DNA from: Lama glama | Taxonomy: Eukaryota | Assembly (NCBI GenBank): GCA_028534125.1 | Contig: CM052818.1 | Coordinates: 17,176,001 to 17,240,000, forward strand | Reading direction: 5' to 3' | DNA: 64,000 nt | In this document: piece after piece, positions 47,397 through 59,725 of the stretch | Numbering within the stretch: position 1 is the stretch's first letter | Layout of the letters: the number at the start of each line of letters is the position of its first letter | The notes under the pieces: model-generated | Seen by the model: the letters and a program-made list of their open reading frames with translations, nothing else | What the model was told of the DNA's origin: nothing | Database searches by the model: none | Made by a program: the position numbers and the translations under genes

Positions 47397-49784
47397 AGAA
47401 TAGTAACTTCCTGCCCCATTGAAAACTGTATGAACTTATTTTCAAGGACAAAGAGAAGACTTATCTGTTATGATTTTATTATGACAATTTTTTTTAATCC
47501 TGAGTATGATCCTGACAGATGTAGCTAAGAGAGATTTTTTTTTTATGAAACTGTTTTTCATTTTGCTAAAGAACTTTTCTCTGCCAAACTGCGCTTAATC
47601 CAGTTTCCAAGTTTTACAAAATAGTTGTCATTTGGTTGTATCACATTGTGTACCCTCATATACCAGTTAGGTATAAAGAGTATGATTTTTCGGTATGTAT
47701 TTGCTAGACATTTCCTAACGGAATATCAAGGTCCTACCTTAAGTGTCCTGCTGTCTTCAAATCATTTTTACAGAAAATTATTTGAATGTTGCTCACAAGT
47801 GATATAGTGATGATGACAATGATGAGGCTATTTGTTATTTTCTTATAAATCAAGTAACTGTCATTCGATAACTGTATCTCCTGATACGCCTCTCGCACAA
47901 GTCAGCATTAAAATTACTTTGGAGGGATCTCAGAATACATGCATTTTGATTAAATTATTACCTCTTCGTGGGTTTTCTGGAAATGTGAAATAGCTTCTTG
48001 AGTTTCTACGTTGGCATTTTGGTGGTGAGGATATGTGGGTACAAATCAGTATTTAAAAGCAGGTCTTATTTTCATATCAACTATAATTTGGAGAGGGTAC
48101 AATAATAATGGTTACCTTGAAGACATGTAATTTAGATGACATTAAAAGTAGCATGCCACAATTTCTTCACTTTTTAAGTTGATCAAAATAAATCTTATCT
48201 CTATATCTATTTTTCTGTAAGTTGCACAAATATGATGAGCATGATTCCTGGGATTTTAACAAACTCCTTTTCTGTAGAGATGGTTTTTTTTAAGTGAAGC
48301 TATTTAGGACATTTCATTTCTAAATGAAATTTTCTTTGCCAGCTTAGATATTTATCCATAAATTCTGTGACTGCAGCCTTCAACTACATAGAACCCCCCC
48401 CAAAAAAATAGAAAACTTTTTTTTAAAAGGGAAAGAACACGCCACATTGTAAATGAGATCCCACCCCCCACCACTCATAGACCTTCTAAATGTCATCTCT
48501 CTGATAAGTTTCATAGAGTGAGTTAGAGTAACTTGAAAATTTTGTTTATGTTAGCCTGGAGATATAATTAACAATGGGAAGATGGGAGTATGTTTTCCCT
48601 TGTAACTGTAATCTTGGATAAATCATACTAATTAATGAACTTCAAGGAATCTTTCAAAAAAGAGCACTTAGGCAAAGTGATGCCAAAGGCTACTTTTAAA
48701 GAGAAGTGTTTGAGAAACCCTTTCTTCCCTGGAAAGTTGCATCTAAATGACCTACTCATTCACAAAAATAATTGCTCTTGAGTGTGTGTGTGTGGGGAGA
48801 GAGTAATATATTGTAGTGTATGTAACTCCTCAATTCCTCCACATCCATAGCTTATTTTAGACCCCCAGTATACTTTTCCTGGCTCATTGTAGCAGTCTTC
48901 CGGCTGAGTTTCCCCGTTCTCATCCCTCCATCATCCAGCCCATCCTCTGCCTCCTCACGAGCTTTATTCTTTTTTCCTGTTCTCCCTAGTTTAAGTATTA
49001 GCAGCTCTTGCTGATTCTCCTAAACAGAGGCAGTGTTTCCCCTCCTCTGACCTCTGTCATTAGCCATCACTTTCTAGCTTATGGTTACTTACGTTTGGTC
49101 TTATCTCCCTGTAAGACTGTGTTCTCTCAGGGACAATGCTCTTTTTTTTTTTTCTTGTGCTTCATAAGCCCAATGTTTTGCACCTCATATTGCGTATAAT
49201 TAGTGTTAATAGTAACTCACTAAATCAGTGTTGACAAAACTGCATGAATCTTGCATAAGGACTTCTAGTCTTAACTTCAGTGGCCAACAGCACTCTCCAA
49301 ATTCATCAGTTTGGAGTCCATGAACCTCCATGGTCTGACCCTGCTTTCATATCCATTCTTATCTCTTGTAGAACCTTGTCCATATGGCATGTTACTGACA
49401 ACTAGCTTACTTACAGCTTTTTGAAAAACATGACACTTCCCCAATTTCCTCACCATTGCTTATGCTGATTTCTCCCCCTGGGGAACGCACTCATTCCACC
49501 TAGAGTGCGCACTGCTTTCACAATATCAGCTTGAAGAAATATAATTTCATTTTTCAATCTCTTCTTAAACTGTTTCATCCCATAGAACCTTCCCCAGTCC
49601 TCTGAGCTGGCCCTACCTTGCATCTTCTGAAATTTTAGAGCAGATGTTTTTACACTTACCTCTTAGATTTGTGAACTTTCTCTTGGAGGTAACCACTTAC
49701 TGAGTGCATGCCGTGTGCCAGGTCTGTGTTAAGAGTTTAATTCATTCTGTTAAATCTGCGTATCGCCTATTCATGCTTGCACAC

Positions 49785-49785
<1 letters not shown>

Positions 49786-49816
<31 letters not shown>
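49786..49816. repeat. (CA)n microsatellite
   Basis: Perfect AC run read directly. Confidence 0.95.
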
Positions 49817-49818
<2 letters not shown>

Positions 49819-52800
49819 CTGTCATCAAACCATGGCGCTATAATAATCCTTTTCTGTTTTACCCTGTGGTCCAGAATAGAATGGGACCATATTAGCTAAT
49901 TTAATGTCAGGTTGGGGAAGATGAATACGGCTGCAGTCACATGGAAAATAGCGAACATAATAACATTGTCACATTACATTAGTGTAGAAATGCTGTGTAC
50001 CAAATCACAGCTCAGCTTCAGTGGTGTCTGTTACCATAAGGGATTAATACATCACAGTGCTGTTATTTTGGTGCTAGGAGGGTGTGGGCACTGCCATTAA
50101 AAGACTATCTTCAGAATTCTAAACTTTGCCCAAAGAAAACCTTCCCCATAGGAATTCATTGTATCTTTTGTATAAAAAATTAGAATTGTTCATTGAAACA
50201 AGGATGGAATACCTTTGACTGTGACTTGTTACCATGGCATTTTAAAATAGCTTCCGTTTTGTTTCTCACCTTTTTCTGTTGTTTGAAAAGAGAATCCAGT
50301 ACCCAGTATCTGAGCATCAATATCAGAACGACCGGAAATGAATCATAACCTACAAAATAATAACTTGAATCAAAGTAACATTATTTCTCTCCCCTGGAGA
50401 GCTGCCAGCAGTTTTAAGTTGTGAGCTGACTTGCTGCTGATGCCATTTATGGCTGAATAAAATGTAGCAATTAGCTGTGTCCACAACCAGATCCTCATTG
50501 TGAGTGTGATGAATCTTATTAACTTTGAATCATTCAAGCTTCTCTAAATGGCAGCCCTTCAAGTTGTTTAAAGTAATTCATAGTAATATTTACTGATAAT
50601 GCTTTAGAACAACTATCTAGGGTCAGACCTATCTGAGGTTAAACCATAAAGGATTAAAATATTTTTCATACTGAGTCAGAAAATGCAGTAAAAGAATGGA
50701 AAGCATAATGTGTGATAGAGAAATGTACTAGATAACAGAAGTGCTATCTCCTGCTATTTTGTATAAATTTATCTTTGTTCTTCTGGTTGGTAATAGGCAT
50801 CATAAAAGTAAAAGCACAAAAGGAAGCATTCGTCTCTTTTCATATTGCAATTGGGCAGTCAACTGACAGCTTTAAGCTGTATCTGTATAAGAAAATTTAA
50901 GCGGGAAGAAAAACCGCCAAACAGTGGAGTAGAGTATTGCTGTATTTGAATTATTCAGATCAGCTCGCTGTGTTTTTCAGCAGCTGAATGATCCAAGTTT
51001 CTAAGTAGTCTTTTACTCTGTGTAACGGATGGCAGTTTGTTCCCAGAAGTCAGGAAGGTTGATTTTTTTTTTTTCCCTACCAGTCTCTCATTTTTCGGAC
51101 TTGCTCGACCACCTGACTGTGTGGACCTTGAATGGGCCCTTGTGGTGGTGCTCTTCACCGCAGGCCTGATATAAATACAGGGGTGGCCTTTGGCGTTGAC
51201 CTTACTGTGGTAATACTGTCACATCCCACCAGAGTCCAACTGGACCAGGACTCCCTGGAAAGAAGCTTTGGCTCGTCGCCTTCGTTAACTATCCTTAAGG
51301 GATTGCGATGGTTCCAGTTCTCACTTGATGATATTTCAGACAGCTCTGCGACCCTCATGTCTGGCTGAGTAATTTTCTTTTCGTCTGGGTGCACTTTGCA
51401 CAGCTTTCTCCCTTTGCTGTCCAACCAGGATAGACCCAGCGGGTGCAGAATCCAGGCGAGGTCCAGGGAGGCTGCCTGAATCTGAGGTGCTCACTTTCGA
51501 AACTTGAGTTTACTGTTAGCTTTTAAATGGATTTTACTTCCCCTAGAAATGATGCACCAGAAGCCCTGGTGAACAGAATGAAGGGCGGTCATGGAGAAGT
51601 CTCAGAACCCTGCATCATAGTACAGAAGGATAGATAGAAATAACTCCCAGTTATTAATCAAGAAGTTGGGGAAGAGAGTAAAATGTTAGGTGATTCTCCA
51701 ACTTTATGGAATCAGATTATCATGGGTATTTTTTAAAGGAAGAAGTATAAGATTAATAATTAGTTTCGCCTTTGTGGAATAAGTATTTGATTTTAAAAAA
51801 GGATAAAATTATAATCGAATTTGGAAGGAAGTGGTTGGCTCAGGTATCAGTTATTGATATACTCTGTTGCTGTGAATATACCCCACCAGTGCGTACAAAG
51901 GACAGCAAAAATATTTTAATGTAATCACACCAAGATATTTTAATGCAAATCACACAATTAATAGGTATTATATGCATGTTGCTTATGTATTATAAGCTTT
52001 GTTTTTTCAATCTTCCCCAAATATTATTAGCTTCAATTTGTAAGTGAGGATACCTAGGTGTGGGCAGTTTAAATGACCTCTTTGGGCTGAAATGGTCAGT
52101 AACTGACACAGAAAGAATTTGGCTATAAGGTCATCAAACTTTAAGTCCATGTTCTTACTTGTATCCACAATTCTTTCCCCAGAGGGATAGATTCAGTGTC
52201 AATGCAGCTGAAATTCGCCAGATGCAAAATTCCCCAGAGAGGTTAATAATGACTGACAGTAACCATTGTAGATATTTTCCCATCCTCAACTGACTCTTGA
52301 TTCTCATATTTAATTTTAAACATTGTGTTGTTTCATGAAACATGCTCTTCCCTTCAACTGCTCCGTGCTTGCTTCCAAAGATGAGTTAAAAATTCAGAGC
52401 TGTGTAAGGCATACTGTCATTAACTTTCGGTTCTGTTATAAAAAGGTACTGATTATGAAAGAGAGATGGGAATTTTCTGTGATGTTTCTGTGACAGCCTG
52501 AGTTTGCTCAAAAATAATAATTTAATATCTGATAATGAAGTCAGGTAAAATATTTCCCAAGATCCTTTTACTTGAAACCAATCCACAGTGTACATTATGG
52601 GAAACGAGGAGCAAAGGTACAGAATTGTGCTGACCACTGAATATGTGCCAACTGTTTCATTATGTTGATTACGCCTCAGTTTTCTCTTATCCAGTGTTGA
52701 GGCAGAAAGGAAAAAAAAATGAAGTCAAAGGTGAGCAGTATGGTCTTTAAAGGTTTTCAGAAGATTCATGGGGATGACACAAGAGAATGCGTGAAGCCCA

Positions 52801-54882
52801 GATTATGAAAAGTTCCTGCAGGATTCGGGGTAAAGACCAAGGGCTCCTTGCATTTCCCCTTGTAGGGAAGGGAAAGAAATTTCAGGAGAGATGTGCAGAG
52901 TCCAGCAAAAAGGTCACAATAAAAATAATGTTGTGCTTGCATTAATGAATAATTCTAATCGTAAAGAAGGAAAATATTACTGTGAAGAAAACGCACCTTG
53001 CCCAGTGATCCTTCTTCCTTCCCTGAACAAAGCGTTCTGTGTCTTTAATGAGATTTACTGTAGCAATTAACAAGTGTGGGATTCTTTTATGGGGAGGAAT
53101 TATGGTCTCCTCTGCAGCTCAGAGCTGTTATACATTGTTATGTCTCCCACAGCGTCTACAGCAGCATAAAGTACAAGGGTGGCTGTGAGCTCTGAGTATT
53201 CTGGAGTGTATGATTTTAATGACCCTAATGATCGAAATTCACATCTCTTAGAAAACGGCCTGTAGGGCCTGAGGCTTAATCTCCCCAGGATTTGGTGAAA
53301 TAGGAAGGTACAAAGGCATTTCTTAACTTGAAATGATTTCAGAATGAAACACGTTTCACAAAAGGACAAGCTGATACAGAAGGATGTTTAAAAAAAATGG
53401 GTCGTGAACAAGGAGGAGGCTGTGTTTGAGGGAGACAGTGGAAACTGTTCGCGTGGGTGTGAACGCTTCTTATAAATATATAACATATGACCCTGTAGGG
53501 AGAGAAACAGATGGAATATGTAGCGGAAAATAAAGAGTACATTTTGCTCGGTTTCCTCACTGGAATGGTACAGGGTATGTTTTAATATTTGGCATCTCCT
53601 ATTGGGAGGTTTTCGGGGCCTCGTCTGGATTCTGGCAGCTCAGGGCAGTACTGACATGGGGAGTGGTGCTGAGTGAAAGCAGACCTTTGAACATGTTTGC
53701 GAACTTCTCCACGTCATGACTTGATGCATAAATATCCCAACCATGTTTCCATGTCAAGTCCTTGATGGTCACTCAGATGCCCGGCATGCTGGAATCCGGA
53801 ACCAAGGAACCGGATTCACGACGCAATCATCACACCTTCAGAGTCAGGCCGTGTTGCTGAAACCGTGGGGTCCGCCTTCCACGACATCAATCACAGATCT
53901 GCTCTCCTAGGTCCTATTCAGGGCAAGTGCTCCATTTACTAAATTAAAAACAGAAAAGTGTCAGAGAAATATCATTTCCTCTCGGCCACAGGAGACATCA
54001 CAGAAGTAATTAAACTAGATTTTTGTGTGTCAGGCACATTCCTTTTATTGACAGTGATGATAATTCTGTAAATCGGAACTTGGAAGCATTTTCAGTGTTG
54101 CTGAAGTGCAAAAGATAAAAACCTAAGGTTCTTAAAATTAAATCTCATGAAACTGAAACTGATCTATGGAGTGTAATATGAGAGGCTGCTGCCTGAATTG
54201 TGAATTCAGTACCTACAAGCTATGTGATGATGATGATTATACTTTTTTTCTTTGAACGCTGGGTTGCTGAAAGCTGTATTGATGTAAAACCAGACTAGGT
54301 CTTCATACAAGCCATCTTTTATGGTTTTAAGGCCACCTGGAAAATCGTCTCTCCATAACCCCAGTGTTTCCTTTTCTGATGTTGCCAGTAGGTTTTGTTG
54401 ATATTCATTTCCCCAGCATCTTTGTATTCTTTCATTCAACATTTAGGGTTTTGCAGAATCTTGCTCAACCAACACAGCTGTACACCATGCCTCGTACATC
54501 AGCTCTTTGATACTGGCACGTAGAGACACAGTGGTGTAGACACTGAGCATTCTCTATGCACTCACCTCTGCTGAACGACTCCCTCACCTGGATTGTCCTC
54601 TCCCTCCCTGAGTTCCACTCTGCCTGAGAAAATTCAGTCTATCAAGATGACCCAGCTCATATCAAGTTCATCCAGGGTAGGACAGTCTTCAGTCAGTGGG
54701 TGTTTTATCAGCTTCTGAGTCTCCAAACAGTTGCTGTCTAACAGGCGTCTTTTTCTGTGTATACGCCTTTATTTCTCAGCTATAATTTACATCCCATTCT
54801 TCTATTTTTGGTCTTATTTCTTGCAGTAAATGCTTAGTAAGACTTGAAGATTGGTGCCTTGAAGCCTCCATTCCTTACTTGA

Positions 54883-55092
54883 TTTTTTAAGACCTTAATT
54901 TTTTTTTTTGGATCAGTTTTAGGTTCACAGCAAATTAAGAGGAAGGTACAGAGATTTCCCATAGGTCCCCTGACCCCACACATATATCGCCTACCCCAAT
55001 AGCAACATCCCCCACCGGAGTGGGACATTGGTTACAATTGATGGACCTAAACTGACACATCATAATCACCCGAAGTCCATAATTTTTAGCTT
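54883..55092 (-). mobile_element. Old L1MA/MB-type 3' end fragment
   Basis: cagttttaggttcacagcaaatt...aggtacagagatttccca...gttacaattgatg...gacacatcataatcacccgaagtccat is the antisense 3' end typical of L1MA/MB elements. Confidence 0.75.
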
Positions 55093-55506
55093 AACTGATG
55101 TGTGTGCCCATCCCTACAGTTAAAAAAGATATGTGTATTTATACACATACATATTATATAATATCTGGCACAGGTACTGTACTGTGTGTGTATACACACA
55201 CACACACGTTATATAATATCTGGCAGGAGTACTGTATGGTATCTTATTACACTACTGTAAATGCATTTTTCATTATCTTTATTTCCAATAGTAAAGACCC
55301 ATGTGGAAGTAGAGTCTTACGTAGCTAGAAAGAAAGTGCTTTGAGTAAAGACGTGTGTGCTTATCTGGAGGAATGTAGGTGAGTGTGTAAGTGTGTGCAT
55401 GTGCACATACCATGGGAGGTGGATTTAAAAACATCACTTTCTATTTTCTCCAAATTCTGCTATGTCCTGTTTTGCATATTATCACATTAAATCTAACAAA
55501 TTCTGA

Positions 55507-55548
55507 GACCTTTGGTTGTTTCAAGATGACCTTTGGTTGTTTCAAGAT
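55507..55548. repeat. Perfect 21-bp tandem duplication
   Basis: gacctttggttgtttcaagat x2. Confidence 0.93.
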
Positions 55549-55996
55549 AACTTTTTTTGTTCAGTTTACTTTTCTTGTTAATTAGCTGACACCTGCAGGA
55601 ATCATCACATCATCATGGAACGCTACACTGCGAATTTGATCTTTTCTAGCTAAGCTTTACGATTTTGCAACACTGGTGTATTTTTCTGGCACTAACGTTA
55701 AGTTCTCTGGGGGGGAAATGATACTATTTCTCCTGTAATAGCGTATCACTTGTGTGCCCTGATTTAGTTAGTGTACCAGTGTCCTTGAAGAATCCTGTAA
55801 ATGTTGCCTTTGCAACAGCTCCAGAAGCATCAGATGCCCCTTTGATGTTATACAGAAGCAATTCAAAATATGCTTGTTTTTCCCTTTCTGTATTAAATAC
55901 GATGAAGATAGCATTTGTTTACACAACTGTACCAAGTGCAAGAGGCTCGCTTGGCCTTATTACTCTCAGAGAATTTGCCTAATTCTTTAATTTTAG

Positions 55997-56115
55997 TTTA
56001 TTTATTAATATTATTAATATATATTATATTATAATATATATATAATATTATATATTATATTATTATATATATAATATTATATAATATTAATATTATTAAT
56101 AAATTATTAATATAA
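55997..56115. repeat. 119-bp pure A/T quasi-palindromic tract
   Basis: No G or C between 55997 and 56115. 56001-56020 pairs with 56084-56103 with one mismatch. Confidence 0.9.
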
Positions 56116-56308
56116 GTTTAATAGGATGGCGAACATTTTCTATCTTTCAATCTATGTAAACCACAGTCGGTCTGCCAGCATCAGAAATAGAACCTGCTTG
56201 GTTGTTGGAGAGGTTGAGAAAAAAGTATAAAAAGTAAATTCCAAGGACACTAGAGTTTGTTTGTCGAAATCAAAAAGAAGGCAGTAAAATGAACAGACTG
56301 GACTAAAT

Positions 56309-56488
56309 CAGTGGTTCCCAAAGTGTGGTTCCTAGTCCAACAGTGTCAGCGTAACCTGTGAGTGTGTTAGAACTGAATGCTCCCACATTCCAGACCTCCT
56401 GAATTAGAGACTCGGAAGTGGAGCCATATGCAATCTGTATTTTAAGAGCCTCCAGATGATTCTGATACACCCCCGAATTTGAGAACTC
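56309..56488. mobile_element. MER5A-like hAT DNA transposon
   Basis: cagtggttcccaaagtgtggtt...ccagacctcctgaattagagact...gcaatctgtatttta...ctccagatgattctgatacac...tttgagaac. Confidence 0.8.
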
Positions 56489-59400
56489 TTACACTCGATG
56501 ATCTCCAAAGTCATCTTCTCAGTTCTTTGCTTTCCATATAACAAAGACTGTATTTAATGGAATAAAGGGAGTTTGCCCAAAGAATTCTCATAACTGAAAT
56601 ATCACGACTAGATTTATGAGATGCTCTTAATGCAATCTTGGATGCTTCTTTCATGGTGATTTGAAAGATATTACACAAATTTTCATTTTGATGATCAGCC
56701 TCTTCCATTGGCTGGTGATCGTAAGAATGTTTGACAAGTTTCCACTCCCACTACTTATGCTGTGAAACATCTAGTTCAAGGCAAAATTTTCCCTGCAGTA
56801 TGAGGAAGATGACTAAATCCAGGTGCATAGCTCTTTATTCATATCCTTTGAGCTTCTTCAGAGTAGTACTCTGATAATTGATTTGTAAAATGAAGTCATT
56901 ATTCTTATCTGGAAACAAATTTGGCCTAAAAGTAAGTTGAGTCAATAAGCTACTGTTAAACGTGCCATTTGGGTGAGAGTATGTTCTTCACATGGCATCC
57001 TTGTTCTTTGCCTAAAATGTTCCGCATCTTTACCTACGCTTACCACCTGCTAAATAAATGTGATCCCAGTTTAATTCCCCAGATATGATTTCCCTTCTCA
57101 TTAACAAATAACTTTATCTTGACACAAGTAATGATCTGTATGTGAGTCATTCAGTCAGGATCTCCAGATGTGACCTTGAGTTTGTGGGTCTCAATATCCC
57201 CATTATAAAAGGAGAGATTTGGTTTGCCTGGTCTTGAAGGTCCCTCTGAGCTCCAAGGGTCTGTGAGTCACTGTTGCTATATTCTTTCTCTACATTTCCC
57301 CAGCCCTCAGACCTATTTTTACTCGCGTGTAAGGCTCTTGTAGGATGCAGCCTACAGCTCAATCACACAACACTAGTCTTAAGCTATATTTTAGCAAAAG
57401 ACCTTTCCTGTCAAGACCTATAAAGAGGAAGAACTGGGGAAAAGAAATCTGATTAATGGGATGTCTTCCTCTTTGAGAAAGGAAACTTTGAATTAATCCT
57501 GAAACACAAGGCAAAGACATCCACTATTTGTTTTTTCATGTTTGTATAGCTATTTATTTATAGCTCTTTTCAGATATCTATTTACATCAAATTTGTTTTG
57601 AGTTGAAAATTTTTACTGGGGCGGAGATCATGCCTGTGTACTTGCTTGGCTAAATGCTAAATTATTGGTAATACTTAATGAATACTTTTTGGTGATTAAA
57701 AAATAGCAAACAATATAATTAGGGATGTATAATCATTCATATGATCAGAATACAGCTACAAGTTGAACATCTACTATGTGCTGGGTTTTTTATATTAGAT
57801 TTTTTCCTTCTCATAATCCTTATAATTAGGATTATGACATCTATTTTACAAAAGTTATATATCAGGTCAAAAAATATTCACATGTTAATAAGAATAAAAA
57901 TCCAGGCTTATCTCACTTAAAATTCCGTGGTCTGCCATCCACAGATTGCATCATACAGTCTCTGCTTATTGAATAAATTAGTCAAATTGAGAGGATTCAT
58001 TCAGCGTCCTTTACTTCCTTCTCAAATGTTTTAGAGCACACACAAGCTGAATTAATATATGCAGAGCTCCTCAATATAAGAAATTGTAAAAACGAAGAAC
58101 CGATACAGAGCAAGTTAGTCCTATTTTTCCATCTAAATCACTCATCTTCAGGCCTGCAGCCTACACACTGATATAGATTAACACACGTGACTAATACACG
58201 TAATGAAACATTACAAGGGATGCGGCTTCAGAGAGAAAGCTTCTGTATACACTCAGTGAATAAGCAGACTTAAAAATGGTGCTCTTTATGAAGCAGAATG
58301 TAGAACATTCTGAATAACCTGGGAAATTATGTTTTCTCTATTTAAGATACTGCAAATTTGGGATGTTGTTAAAAATATTTGTGGAATGATAAGCCTATGA
58401 TTTTTCCTAGTTAGCAGGTTTCTAGTCTATAGTTCTAGTGTGTAAGGAGGAGAAAGATCGTCTTCCACAGGGAGGCTAACCTTTCATGAAGTTGCCTCTT
58501 CCGCCTGTGATTTCTATACTTCTGAACAGATCATTTCCTTTTGCTGGAAGTGACCATGATTTAATTTTAGTAAATTCTGGCTCTCCAGCTGATACTTGTA
58601 CTGTGTAGGAGACTTTAACACCTCTGCTTCTGACCTGAAACGCTGCCGGTGGGAAATGAGAAACGGTGTAAAAGCATCATTCTGCCTTCCAAGGGTCACT
58701 TGTGCAGAAACAGAGGGCCTTGTGCTTAAGACTCCTGGGGATTAGGAACACATTTACATGGTAAAATGATCTGAATCTGAGGGTGTTATTAACTGTGCAC
58801 TTACTATGTCCAAAACACTGTGAGAAATATGGAAAGTGAAATGATTGGGCCCCTGCCCCCAAAGGAGTTTTCATCTTGGGAGAATGATTCCCAAGACCCA
58901 GGGCAGTGGGGAGTATTGTTTTGTTCCATGACCTGTCCCACAAATGCTTACAACAATGTGTGGTGCTTAGTATGTAGTCAGTAAATATTTGCACAATGAA
59001 TGAAATACATTGTTAATAAGATGACTAATAATTTACGTACTCACTCTGGTATAAACATTTGCTCGAAGTGAATTCAGAGGAGGGGCCCAGCAGAGTAGTG
59101 GGCTGGCTGAGTGGAAGTCATGGGAGTGAGGCAGACCTCAGCTGGGGAGAGAAGCAGGGCGGGCATCCAGGCAAGGGACATAATGTGAGCAAAGGAGAAT
59201 CTATAGATAAAATGTTCACGGATCCAAAGACATCTGTTGAGCATCTTCTGCAACATCAAGTGCTCTGCTAGGCTCTGTGAACACAGAAATAAAAGGAGGC
59301 TGTGAGTACAGTGGAAAGATCACGGACTTTGGAGACAGACCCAGAATTGCATTCTGGCCAAGCTAATTAATATATCTGAGACTTGGCCTCTTCATCCGTG

Positions 59401-59566
59401 AAATGAGGACACGATTGCAGATCTTGCAGGGCTGTGTTGAGAATTAAAGCCCAGCCTGGTTGGCACTGGCACCTGCTGCCCTTGCCTTTCCTTTAAAGGA
59501 GCTCATGGAGGAGAGGAAATGAGTGGCATGTGTGCAGATCATTACAATTTAAGAAATGCTTTCTTA

Positions 59567-59725
59567 CTTTGCTTTTCAAAGTGTGGTCTGAGGACCAGCA
59601 GCACCTGCAAGCTCACTGGAGATGCAGACTCACAGGCCTCCCCTCCCCCTTCACACCCACGGAATCAGAATCTGCATTTAACGAGACCCCTGGTGATTCA
59701 CGTGCACACTGAAGTGAGACGCACC
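59567..59725. mobile_element. MER5A-like hAT DNA transposon
   Basis: tcaaagtgtggtctgaggaccagcagca...gaatcagaatctgcatttaacgagacccctggtgattcacgtgcacactgaagt. Confidence 0.75.

Noticed and set aside
51155..51424. 89-aa minus-strand ORF with plausible amino-acid composition
   Set aside because: Non-ATG start, no recognisable family and no splice context.
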